NCBI RefSeq assembly: GCF_001194135.2
Contig: NC_068991.1
Span: forward strand, 21,886,618 to 21,937,144
DNA from: Octopus bimaculoides
Lineage: Eukaryota
Direction of reading: 5' to 3'
Length of the DNA stretch: 50,527 nt
Under the pieces are notes generated by a model. That model was not told where the DNA came from. It did not search any database and saw only the letters and a program-made list of their open reading frames with translations. Below, piece after piece: positions 1 to 11,341 of the stretch (positions are counted from its first letter, which is position 1; each line of letters starts with the position of its first letter). The position numbers and the translations under genes are program-made.

Positions 1-345
1 ACATGAGATGCACCATTTTGAGCGTGGCCGTTGCCAGTACCGCCTGACTGGCTCCTGTAGGATTTTCGAGCGAGATCGTTGCCAGTGCCCCTGGACTGGC
101 TTGTGCGGGTGGCACATAAAAGACACCATTTCGAGCGTGGCCGTCTTCGTGCAGGTGACACGTAAAAGCACCCACTACACTCTCTGAGTGGTTGGCGTTA
201 GGAAGGGCATCCAGCTGTAGAAACTCTGCCAAATCAGACTGGAGCCTGGTGTTGCCATCCGGTTTCACCAGTCCTCAGTCAAATCGTCCAACCCATGCTA
301 GCATGGAAAGCGGACGTTAAACGATGATGATGATGATGATGATGA
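1..345 (+). mobile_element. 3' part of a dispersed SINE/non-autonomous retroelement ending in (GAT)n; related degenerate copies near 4850-5030, 25800-26000 (-), 29625-29830 (-), 41940-42165
   Basis: The block gttaggaagggcatccagc...aacccatgc(t/c)agcatggaaa...gacgttaaa recurs through the window, each time followed by a (GAT)n tail. Confidence 0.7.
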
Positions 346-3051
346 TATATATGCATACAAAGGAATCAGTTATTATTATTAGGTGTATTATATTATTCTT
401 ATTAGATAAAGTATAAACAGAGGAAGGAGAAAGTTATCAAGAGAGAAATAATAGTGGAATTTAAAAAATTAATATATCTTAAGATTATTGTAGTTATGTA
501 GGAATGAAAAGCTATATAAATTAGGAATACATACATATACACATATACAAACACACATATATATGGCATGGCTTTTACAGCTGGATGCCCTTCCAAATGC
601 CAACCCATTTCAGTGTGGACTGGATGCATTATATGTGGCACCATCACTGGCAGGGTCACTAAGTAACTTGCAAAACAATGAATCTTTGAGAGGGGAGGGA
701 AAATTGGAGGAGGTGATCTTGTGGTATATATGTGTGTGTGTGTGTCCTCATCCTAACATCACATGAGGTTGTGAGTGTCACCATCATGCATGTAGTCATT
801 CATTTGCAGTCTTTCATGCAATCATGTCCCGTCAAAGGGAAATATTACCTAACTTCAACAGTCAGGAAGGTCATTTGGCCATAGAAAAACTGTCTCAATA
901 AAATCCAGTTAACTCATGCAAGCATGAAAAAGTGGACATTAAAGAACAACACTGATATATGTCTATCATCATTTAATGTCTATGCTCCATGCTGGCATGG
1001 ATTGGTCAGTTTGACAAGATCCAGTGAATCCAAGGACTGCATTTTGCTCCAATGTCTGATTTGGCACAGTTTCTATGGCTGGATGACCTACAACATCTAT
1101 CACTTTACAGCATGGAACAAGTGTTTTTTTCATGACATCTTCACTATTGAAGGTTGCCATCCGGCTCACAGAACTACAAACCCTGAGGTGTGGCATCAGT
1201 TTTGTGTTAGTAGGTGATGGGATTGGGTTCAGTCTCCCTGCATGACATCTATTGCAAGTCCCTTCTAGTACAGCCCTGGGCCAACCAAAGCCTTGTGAGT
1301 GGATTTGGTAGACTAAAACTAAAAGAAACCTGTTATTTGAGAGAGAGAGGGAGCGCATGTATATGTGCATGTGTGCAATATGTGTGACGTGTGTGATGTG
1401 CATGTGCATGCATGTATGTGCATGTGTGGGTGCATGAGTGCCTATATGGGTATTAATGTTTAATTGCATTGAAACCACATGTCACCTTCAAACAAGTTGT
1501 GTCCTTCATTTTCAATCTTCCATGAAAACATGTCCGGCCATGGGGAAAATATTAATTTACTTGGAAACAGGTGAGGGTTGGGAACTAGAAGAGCATCCAG
1601 CCATAGGAACTCCACCTAAACAAATTACATGTAACCCATGCAAGCATGAAAAAGTGGACATTACAAAATTGATGATGATGAAACACAAAACTATGTGGTT
1701 ACTTGCTTTTGCATCGCCCAGGGGTATAGTCAATCTAAATCACAATTGTTAAAGTGTCCTCACAGGTTTGAAGGGTTAACCTCACAACAACATTTATGTA
1801 TAAGAGGAAATTTGATGCTCACAGTGCACAAGTTCACAGAAGGGTTAGATAGAAACAATATCTTAATTGATAAGATATTTGTCACAATAATTTCCTGTAT
1901 TCTAAAGAGTTTATGTCAAGATGTTGACCTCAAAATAAGGATGGTCAATAGAACTTCTTGGATATTTAGAACTGATATTTGTTCTCAAAGTGTGAGAATG
2001 CAATCAGATACATGTGGTTATTGTTTGATGAGTCTGTGTGTATACATGTGTGAACTTCAGTTCATGTGAGTGTGTGTTCATGTCAATTCAGAATGTGTGT
2101 GTACGTGTGTATGTTCCTGCTCTTAGTGCTTAAAAAAAGCAAGTTTGTTCTGTATGGAGACATTTACACACACACACAAAATATATTTCTAAAATAGCCG
2201 GTGTGGGTATGTGGTAAGATATTTGCTTCCCAACTACATGACTGAGTTCAGTCTTACTATATGGTACCTTGATAGGTGTCTTCTACTTTAGTCTTGGGCC
2301 AACCAAAACCTTGTGAGTGGATCTGGTGGATGGAAACTAAAAGAAGCTTTTCATATATATATATATATATGTGCGTGTGTGTGTGTGTGTGAGAGAAAGA
2401 GAGAGAGGGGGAGAGAGATAGAGAGGGGGGAGAGAGAGGGAGAGAGAGATAGAAAGGGGGGAGAGAGAGAGAGAGAGAGNNNNNNNNNNNNNNNNNNNNN
2501 NNNNNNNNNNNNNNNNNNNNNNNNNNNNNNNNNNNNNNNNNNNNNNNNNNNNNNNNNNNNNNNNNNNNNNNNNNNNNNNNNNNNNNNNNNNNNNNNNNNN
2601 NNNNNNNNNNNNNNNNNNNNNNNNNNNNNNNNNNNNNNNNNNNNNNNNNNNNNNNNNNNNNNNNNNNNNNNNNNNNNNNNNNNNNNNNNNNNNNNNNNNN
2701 NNNNNNNNNNNNNNNNNNNNNNNNNNNNNNNNNNNNNNNNNNNNNNNNNNNNNNNNNNNNNNNNNNNNNNNNNNNNNNNNNNNNNNNNNNNNNNNNNNNN
2801 NNNNNNNNNNNNNNNNNNNNNNNNNNNNNNNNNNNNNNNNNNNNNNNNNNNNNNNNNNNNNNNNNNNNNNNNNNNNNNNNNNNNNNNNNNNNNNNNNNNN
2901 NNNNNNNNNNNNNNNNNNNNNNNNNNNNNNNNNNNNNNNNNNNNNNNNNNNNNNNNNNNNNNNNNNNNNNNNNNNNNNNNNNNNNNNNNNNNNNNNNNNN
3001 NNNNNNNNNNNNNNNNNNNNNNNNNNNNNNNNNNNNNNNNNNNNNNNNNNT

Positions 3052-3750
3052 AAGTTGACTACATCAACCCCAGTACTTGACTTGCACTTATTGACTCCAA
3101 AAGGATGAAAGGCAAAGTCAATCTTGGCAGAATTTGAACTCAGAACATAAAATCAGAAGAAATGCTGCAAAGCAATTTGTGTGATGCGATAACAATCCTG
3201 CCAGTTCATCACCTTAGAGTCAGTCTGCTCAATCCCTTCCACAATAATAATTATCAACAGTATCATCATTATTACTACTACTACTACTACTACAGAACTG
3301 TTAGCACACTGGGCAAAATGCTAAGCACATTTTGTCCATCTTTACATTCTGAGTTCCATCAAGGTTGACTTGCCACTCATTCTTGCAGGGTTGATGAAAT
3401 AAATATCAGTTATGGACTGGGGTCAATGGAATCAACTAGCCCCTCACCCAAAATTTCAGGCCTCCTGCTTATAGAAAAAAAGGATTATTATTATCATCAT
3501 TATTATTATTATCATTATTATCATTATTATTATTATTATTATTATTAAGGCAGCAAGCTGACAGAATTGTGAACACACTGGATGAAATGCTTAGTGGTAT
3601 TTCGCCTGTCACTCTGTTCTGAGTTCAAATTCCTTCAAGGTCGTCTTTGCCTTTTTTTTCCTTTCAGGATCAATAAATTAAGTACCAGTGTAATCAACTA
3701 GTCCCCTCCCCCAAAATTTCAGGCCTTGTGCCTTTAGTAGAAAGGATTAT
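3052..3750. mobile_element. Cluster of family-B SINE fragments (one minus at about 3052-3205, plus copies at about 3290-3480 and 3548-3750) separated by (ATT)n
   Basis: Shared core ctgagttcaaatt...gactttgcctttcatcc...aagtaccag, also seen in the intact copy at 8986-9208. Confidence 0.65.
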
Positions 3751-4161
3751 TACTATTATTAGTGTTAGTGAGGACACATGGCCTAGTGGTTAGGGTGTTG
3801 CATTCATAATCATAAGATCATGGTTTCAGTTCCTACATCAGGCGGCACAATGTTCTTGAGCAAAACACTTCATCTCACATTGCTCTGTAATCACTTTGAC
3901 ACCTGATGCATGGCACACTGTGCACCTGTTCAGACAATGTTGATTTGATGGAGGGAGTGAGCTAATGTATATAGCACATACATTTGATCACTATAAACAA
4001 ATTGTGTCAGTCATTCGGCTGAACACTCATATGTTATCATCAATGGGAGAATCCATTATTATTATTATTATCACAAGATTGTTTAGTTCCCAATATTGAA
4101 AATTCACATTCACCTGCTTTAGTACAGAGATAGTTGCAATAGTGTTAATCAGTAGAAGTGG

Positions 4162-4197
4162 TCATGAATTGGTGGGAGGGTGAGTTACAATGTGTGT
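4162..4197 (-). CDS. Candidate terminal coding segment (THIVTHPPTNS*) of the minus-strand membrane-protein gene
   Basis: Acceptor tatattttgtAG| at 4198-4199, 120 bp after the 4318 donor. The phase-0 join matches, with TGA at 4164-4162. A CAG|gtgaat donor follows at 4114. Weak, because all frames contain stops. Confidence 0.3.
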   Translation of the reverse strand, partial: THIVTHPPTNS

Positions 4198-4317
4198 CTA
4201 CAAAATATACAGTGTAAATAAATCTTATAATGTCATTCCACTAATTTGTTGGCAGTTTTCAACAACCAACAGGTTTAGACTCATAGAATAGCCACAACAT
4301 GTACATGTTCAACTTAC

Positions 4318-4382
4318 CTTTCTTTCTAATAACATGTGTTTCTGTTTTAATTCTTGGAATTCCTTTAACAAATTACCATTTT
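4318..4382 (-). CDS. Internal exon (phase 1-0) of the membrane-protein gene: (E)NGNLLKEFQELKQKHMLLERK, coiled-coil-like neck
   Basis: Acceptor ctctttaatatttacAG|, donor AAG|gtaagt. The 65-nt exon is open in the phase required by the upstream exon (G+AA=Glu). Confidence 0.75.
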
Positions 4383-5080
4383 CTGTAAATATTAAAGAGA
4401 AACAATACTTTAGAATCCATATGTACAAATATATATGATTGCGATTGATTTCAACCCCTAGCTCCAAAATCCCTGGTCATGCTGTACCCATGTAAAAATG
4501 ATCCCCTCCCCTCAGGGAGAACGGCAAGCTGAAAGAATGGTTAGCAGCGAGTCAACGTAATCGACCCTTCATTTTCCTCAAAACTGCTAGCCTTGTGCCA
4601 ATAAATAGAAAGAAGATAATATATAGAACCAAGGGACGAGGCACAAGGCCTGAAATTTTTGGGGAGGGGGCCAGTTGATTAGATCAACTCCAGTATGCAA
4701 CTGGCACTTAATTTATCGACCCTGAAAGAATGATAGGCAAAGTCAACTTCAGTGGAATTTGAACCAAGAACGTAAAGACAGACGAAATACCGCTAAGCAT
4801 TTCACTCGGCATGCTAATGTTTCTGCCAGCTCACCACCTATGTATATATATTGGCATGTAAAAAGCATCCAGCACACTCTGTTAAGAGGTTGGTGTTAGG
4901 AAGGGCATCCAGCCATAGAAACCATGCTAAAACAAACAGTTTGAGTTTGGACAGCGCCCTGCTAGTTAGCTCCATGTCACACCACCCAACCCATGCCAGC
5001 ATGAAAAGTGGACATTAAACGATGATAATATATACACACACACACGTGTATGTGAGTGAGTGCATTTATGTGTGTGTATA

Positions 5081-5119
<39 letters not shown>

Positions 5120-5241
5120 TTAGGGACAAAATCCAAAATTACAGGTAAAAACTCATTTATTGTGCTTTTAATTATTAGTTTTTCTATATGTGACAGTGGA
5201 TTTTCATCGTTGAGTTCATGAACCTTGGTTCTTTTCCCTAA

Positions 5242-5286
<45 letters not shown>

Positions 5287-5577
5287 ACAATAAGATATAT
5301 ATTAATATATTTAAGATATATTAAATGCATTATAATATAAGTGGCTATAGCAATTAAAACCAAGAAGGAAAATGAATAAATGCAGGTGCAAAATAGCACC
5401 TACAATTGCTAGAAATGAGAGCTAAAATTTAACTTGAACAGCCACACAAAAGCACTAACCTCATGAAATATTCAGGACTGCAAGCATCGAGCCACATCTT
5501 TCATTGGCAAGATGCACTTGCAGAATGAAGTAGTTTGATAAAATGTTATGTGATAACACTTTTCAATGGTTTTTTTT

Positions 5578-5755
5578 CTCATAAGTGTTTACTTAACTGC
5601 AGCTCTTGGTGGTCCAAATCAGATATGCAATCTATGTGAGTGTCTTTTCAATACATTATCTGGTTTAAAAAGCCACATCAGATGCCATGATGTAATTACA
5701 AGAGGTGATCAGACTCTACATAAAGAGTAGACAACTACCATGTATGTATGTATGT
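5578..5755 (+). mobile_element. 3' end of an RTE-type LINE: C-terminal CxxC...HxxxH (CNLCECLFNTLSGLKSHIRCH) followed by a (TATG)n tail
   Basis: Manual translation of 5626-5730 ends in TAG and is followed directly by a simple-repeat tail. The motif resembles the C-terminal Zn-finger-like segment of RTE ORFs. Confidence 0.5.
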
Positions 5756-6059
5756 GTATATGTAGGGGGCATGTGCTTGTATGCCGTGCAGTAAGGTTGA
5801 ACACAAAAACCACATGATTGGACAGTAAACCACACATACATCAGTGTAAGTGTATATATACATTTGGGAAAACAAACATGAGAAAAAGTAACAAAGTACT
5901 ACATTTATTTTTCAGGGTCTGTTTTCCATGCTGGCATGGGTTGGATGGCTTGTCATGATCTGAGCCAGTTCTTCTTCTCTTTCAGAAAACTCGGAGGATC
6001 ACATTCACTTGTATATTTAGTTTTTGGCTTCATTTCTGTAGCTGGATGCCCTTATCACA

Positions 6060-6390
6060 GGTATGCGTCCACCACAAGGTCAAGACCCTGTTATAACAAG
6101 GTGACTTATGTGTCTCAGTGACCCTAAGAGTTAAGCCAGCAAAGCACAAGCTCTTGATAAGACTTCCCTTGCTGGAGAGGTCAAAGGATAGAGGCCTGAC
6201 CTATAAGGACCACTTCTTCCCATAAAGCCAACATCCCTACCAAGAAAAAAGCTAAGTTACAGAAGCATCAATAACAGATCAAAACTAACAAAGTCTGGGA
6301 GGGGAAGGCCCTACAACCCAGAGTTGATAACAATGGAGTAAAGTCATCGATGACCTATGTTCCGTAAGGACCAACGGGCTTAAGCAAATA
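6060..6390 (+). mobile_element. Non-autonomous retroelement with an RTE-like 3' tail (gatgacctatgttcc...gggcttaag) followed by (TATG)n
   Basis: Tail wording is typical of RTE-dependent elements and a microsatellite tail follows. Family not identified. Confidence 0.4.
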
Positions 6391-6658
6391 TGTATGTGTG
6401 CATAAATGCATATGTATGTATGTATGTATGTGGGTATGTATGTATGTATGTCAGAATGTATATATGTGGGTATCTATATATGTATGTGGGTATGAATGTA
6501 TGTATGTATGTATTCCTTTTCTCCTTTTAATCAGCTACCAACTTGGTAGTGAGGAAAGCATCTTGTTTTAATCATCATCCTTTAAATCTTATGGTCTTGT
6601 AAATTTTTATTGTCCCAGATATTGTGATCTGATAATTAACAAAGAAACAATTATTTAC

Positions 6659-6858
6659 CTTTTGGTTCATTTAAAAGGATGACAGTTGTGATAGCAATTA
6701 ATGAGAGGAGAACGACAGCAACAACCAGAGTGAAGGCCACACGGAGACAATGGAATTGTTTATAGATGGACTCATTTGGAGGGAGTTTAAATTGATTATC
6801 ATTATGGTTAAAACCAGTCTTCGACACAGCTTCATATAATGGGTTTACTCTTTTACGA
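6659..6858 (-). CDS. Internal exon (phase 2-1) with the transmembrane helix: RKRVNPLYEAVSKTGFNHNDNQFKLPPNESIYKQFHCLRVAFTLVVAVVLLSLIAITTVILLNEPK
   Basis: Acceptor ttcttttgtctttcAG|, donor AAG|gtaaat, 200 nt and open. It has an uncharged stretch of about 23 residues, and the phase fits both neighbouring exons. Confidence 0.85.
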
Positions 6859-7247
6859 CTGAAAGACAAAAGAATAATTGTTGGAGAAATTGTTAGGTAA
6901 CAGATGTACTGGGAACTGTTATCACTGTTTTATTTTTCATTTTTATTTTTCTTGCTGATAAGGTCTCACTATCTATTATATTTCAGAATAAAATTAGAAA
7001 ACACACACATACAGAACAAAAACAAAAAAAAAAAAGACCTCGCACAATAATAAAGATTGGATGCATTCTCTGTCCTTGGTTTCATAAGAATAATTTGTTC
7101 TGAGATTTATCAGAAAGTCTAATATGCTTTGTTTTCCTTTCGCATCTTCCTGAAACTGAAACAACTGCTAAACACACTATCACCAGCACCTCCAACAGTA
7201 TGATACACATACAAGTTAACTTCTGAATGGCTGGGTATAATTATATT

Positions 7248-7660
7248 ACTCTTTTACTCTTTTAGTTGTTTCAGTCATTTGACTGTGGCCATGCTGGAGC
7301 ACCGCTTTTAGTCGAGAAAATTGACCCTGGGACTTATTCTTAGTAAGCCTAGTACTTATTCTATCGGTCTCTTTTTGCCGAACCGCTAAGTTACGGGGAC
7401 ATAAACACACCAGCATCGGTTGTCAAGCAATGCTAGGAGGACAAACATGGACACACAAACACACACACACATATACATATATATATATACATATATACGA
7501 CGAGCTTCTTTCAGTTTCCGTCTACCAAATCCACTCACAAGGCTTTGGTCGGCCCAAGGCTATAGTAGAAGACACTTGCCCAAGGTGCCACGCAGTGGGA
7601 CTGAACCCGGAACCATGTGGTTGGTAAGCAAGCTACTTACCACACAGCCACTCCTGCGCC
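7248..7660 (-). mobile_element. Full-length family-A tRNA-derived SINE (about 400 bp, central TA/CA microsatellite, aaagagt tail)
   Basis: Reverse complement of the copies at 10528-10918 and 38766-39168, with A/B-box-like head ggcgcaggagtggctgtgtggtaag...ggttcagtccc. Confidence 0.9.
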
Positions 7661-8491
7661 TATAGACGAAGAGTCTGTATAAACTTGTGTCAGACATATA
7701 GAATAGGAGATGTATCATATTTTCTGGAAAACAGTCAATGTAGTACATAGTGTAAACATTCAAACATCGTCACTATCTTTCCAAGTCCTGCTGCATTTCA
7801 CATGGAAATTTTGGTCCTCCAAAGTTGTTTTGGTGTACAAGTCAATCTATCATTCTCGGCCACAAATTTTGGTCTGAAAAGTTCAACTTGTATTGCCAAA
7901 AAATAGGGTATAGCAGTGTAAGCATAGCATTACAGATGTGTGGTATTGCTGGTTATGGCTATGTAGTCCTACAGATGTATGGTGCAATAGTTGTATAGCT
8001 CAACAGATGTGAGAGACACAAGAAACGAAATAATATACCAAATGTACACCAGATGTATAGCACATCAGTTGACGTAAGATGTATTTCACAACAGATATGT
8101 GGCATCAGATGTATGGGAAGAATACTAGAGAGCAGAAATGTGAATTAAGAGTAGAATTTTACTGTCAGCCATACAGATTAAAGTACACAGGTTTGTGTTC
8201 TTAGTTCAACACAGCGCATTACAGAAACACTTCACCACACAGTGTTTCCACTATTTACAGAAGTAAACTGTGCCTCCCCACAGTATCTTTTACATATTTT
8301 ATGGTTAGGTAGACTACTGTATCAATGAGAGGTTGCAGATCATGTGCCTTTCATCCATGTGAAACAGTAAAGATACATGCATACACATATATATATATAC
8401 ATAGATGCATGCACAAACACATGGGTGCATATACATGCACTACTGACAAGTTCAGAAGAACAAAGACAAAAGAAAGACATCTATTTCTTAC

Positions 8492-8599
8492 CTGGATTCT
8501 GAATGTGACTGTGACTGGTTCTCCTCTTCATTTGGAATGTCTGACGAGGAATTAAATGTTGGTCTACCAAGCTGGGAATCATCACGGGAATAAGATGGC
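8492..8599 (-). CDS. Symmetric 108-nt internal exon (phase 2-2): PSYSRDDSQLGRPTFNSSSDIPNEEENQSQSHSES
   Basis: Acceptor ttttctttcttcatcttaactcccAG|, donor CAG|gtaaga. Open in the frame that joins 11209 to 6858. Confidence 0.8.
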
Positions 8600-8608
8600 C
8601 TGGGAGTT

Positions 8609-8965
8609 AAGATGAAGAAAGAAAATACAAATAGATAAATATACTTGTTTTTTTTTCTTTAAATTAATTTACAAAGAAGAGAGAGAAATCCAAGTTGAAT
8701 GGTTATTTATAGCAACAACTCATTAGTTGTTATAAATAACCATTTTATCAATCAAAATATGTTTAATTATCATTCAAGTGTAATAAATAAAATCACAAAG
8801 ATGAAAAAAGAAAATACAAACAGGTATGTTTTTTTTTTAATCAATTAAAAAAGAAGACAGAGAAATCCAAGTTGTTTTGGTCAACCTATATGTTGTTACA
8901 AATAACCATTTTATCAATCAATTATATCTAATTATCATCCAAAGTATAATAAAGAATATTACTTC
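8609..8965. repeat. Degenerate tandem duplication (about 190-bp unit) of intron sequence next to the 8599 acceptor
   Basis: aagatgaa(g/a)aaagaaaatacaaa ... agagaaatccaagttg ... aaataaccattttatcaatcaa occurs at about 8609 and about 8799. Confidence 0.8.
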
Positions 8966-8985
8966 ATTAGAAATATTGATATCAT

Positions 8986-9208
8986 AAGGCGGTGAGTAGG
9001 CAGAAACGTTAGCACACCGGGCAAAATGCTTAGCGGTATTTCGTCTGTCTGTACATTCTGAGTTCAAATTCCGCAGCGGTCGACTTTGCCTTTCATCCTT
9101 TCGGGGTCGATAAATTAAGTACCAGTTACGCACTGGGGTCGATGTAATCGACTTAATCCCTTGTTTGTCCCCTCTATGTTTAGCCTCTTGTGGGCAGTAA
9201 AGAAATAA
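8986..9208 (+). mobile_element. Intact family-B tRNA-like SINE with TSD
   Basis: aaggcggtgagtaggcagaaacgttagcac head, flanked by gaaatatt(g/c)atatcat direct repeats with one mismatch. Nearly identical to the minus copy at 32084-32318. Confidence 0.85.
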
Positions 9209-9856
9209 GAAATATTCATATCATATCACAAATCAACAGTCACTTATCTAATGCTTCACAGAACTGTCAGCACTCAGCCAAATATTATTAAAAATTGATT
9301 TTTTTTTTTTCCACATAATTTTATGATTCACCTAGAGATTATCAGTAACATACAGATATGTATCAACACACCCAGAGATTATTGGTAACAATGTCATGAC
9401 ATACCTAAACATCAGAGTATAATTGCACAAGTATGCCCCACTGACTGTTTCCTCCTAACTTTCAGAAAGATTGGATATTTTTCAAGGAAATTTTCCATAA
9501 ATACCTTTCAGATAGTGTAGATTCCAATTACATTGGAATTTGCTGGGAAAAACTTTTGGAGGTGGGTATGGAGAGAAGTTTCAGCTAATTTACACAAATC
9601 AACCTTGTTTCTTCTTTTATCATTGTCTATTTATTTCAGTCATTAAGATTGCAGCCATGCTGGGGAACCACTTCATAACTTTTAGAAAAATTATTACATT
9701 TCTAGTGAAAATTTTTACAAAATACCTTTCAAATGGTGTAAATTACAATTATATCAGAATTTAATGTGAAGAAAAACAGAACTGCTGAGTGCACAAGCAT
9801 ACACAGTTTTCTTGAACTTTCAAGTTTCATTTTGTAGATATATATGATGCATCAGT

Positions 9857-10117
9857 GGAGGCGTGTGGCTTAGTGGTTAGGGTATCAGCATCATGATCGT
9901 AAGATTGTGGTTTCAATTCCTGGACCGGGCAACACGTGTTCTTGAGCAAAACACTTCATTTCACGTTGCTCCAGTCCACTCAGCTGGCAAAAATGAGTAA
10001 CGCTGCAATGGACTGGCGTTCCATCCAGCTGGGGAACGCATACGCCATTGAAATCGGGAAACCGGGCCCATGAGCCTGGCTAGGCTTTAAAAGGGTGCAT
10101 TTATTTATTTATCTTTT
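9857..10117 (+). mobile_element. Family-C tRNA-derived SINE with a perfect 16-bp TSD
   Basis: A-box tggcttagtggttagg and B-box gtttcaattcc. TSD tatatgatgcatcagt at 9841-9856 and 10118-10133. Related copies at about 3770-4040 and 14705-14930. Confidence 0.85.
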
Positions 10118-10527
10118 TATATGATGCATCAGTAAGTAAGCCCACCTGTTTGTTTCATATCAAATTCTGATATAATCATAATCTCTATCATCTGAAAGGT
10201 ATTTGTAGAAAATTTCATTAGAAATATTTATTTTTCTGTAAGTTAAGAGGAAACAGACTCAAGGTGTGCACACTCATGTGGGTATGCCAACATCGATGAT
10301 ACACTGAAATGTCACAACACTGTAGGAGATTATTGGCAACACCCTGAAGTGTCATAACACCCTAGAGACTGGTAGCAACACACTAGTTGCCATACTAAAG
10401 TGTTGCTACATACAGCTTAGAAACTTCTACTTCAGATTTATTGAGTTCTAATCTAACTTGATACATTAACATTCTTCAGTAGAAGAATAGAAAGGCAACG
10501 AGGTCATCAGATAAGCAATATGTTATA

Positions 10528-10918
10528 GGCGCAGGAGTGGCTGTGTGGTAAGTAGCTTGCTTACCGACCACATGGTTCCGGGTTCAGTCCCACTACGTGG
10601 CACCTTGGGCAAGTGTCTTCTACTATAGCCTCGGGCCGACCAAAGCCTTGTGAGTGGATTTAGTAGACGGAAACTGAAAGAAGCCCGTCGTATATATGTA
10701 TATATATATGTGTGTTTGTGTGTCTGTGTTTGTCCCCCCAACATCGCTTGACAACCAATGCTGGTGTGTTTACGTCCCCGTAACTTAGAGGTTTGGCAAA
10801 AGAGACCGATAGAATAAGTACTAGGCTTACAAAGAATAAGTCCTGGAGTCGATTTGCTCGACTAAAGGCAGTGCTCCAGCATGGCCACAGTCAAATGACT
10901 GAAACAAGTAAAAAGAGT
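10528..10918 (+). mobile_element. Full-length family-A SINE
   Basis: Same head, body and tail as 38766-39168; inverted relative to 7248-7660. Confidence 0.9.
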
Positions 10919-11208
10919 ATGTACAAGATTTTGAGTCCAATCAATGACACTGTTGTTCAAATTTATGAGGCAAAATGTGCTTCTTCAGTCATTCAATTTG
11001 CTAGAAATAACAGTCAAATCTGTCAAAACCCACCCTACCATATTAGTTAACATAAACCTAGATACTTTCAACAAAAACAGACTGTTCATGGCTGTAATAT
11101 CCTTGATCATAAGTCAACTGGATTAAGAATGACCTAGGGTTAAAGAACAACAATCCTTTCCAATTTTTTTTTTTTTTCAACGTTGAAACCTATAAAAGAG
11201 TTACTTAC

Positions 11209-11341
11209 GTTTGTATAGGGACCTCTTCATACTGATGAGAAGGGTAGTCAGCATAGTCGTAATGAAAGGGACGAGGGGAACAAGATCTTGGAATTTGCAT
11301 GGGAAACTCTCCACTGCCACTGTTCTCTAGATCACCAATAC
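11209..11341 (-). CDS. Internal exon (phase 1-2): IGDLENSGSGEFPMQIPRSCSPRPFHYDYADYPSHQYEEVPIQ
   Basis: Acceptor ttatttatttgttgatccccatAG|, donor AC|gtaagt, 133 nt. It joins in frame to both the 8599 and 6858 exons. The internal Met (MQIP) could be the start codon. Confidence 0.8.

Noticed and set aside
1695-2069. 124-aa plus ORF or a possible downstream exon of the membrane-protein gene
   Set aside because: It starts in SINE sequence; the minus-strand phase-0 reading has no recognisable domain and a weak acceptor.
2313-3053. Long ORFs containing X runs (also 15398-15941, 30945-31714, 37394-38133, 39551-40096, 48953-49342)
   Set aside because: They span assembly gaps (N) and flanking microsatellites; not coding evidence.
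7420-7665. Recurrent 'MSSNARRT.../MLGGQT...' ORFs (also 10523-10744, 38799-38996, 43632-44211, 48361-49041)
   Set aside because: These are translations of family-A SINE copies.
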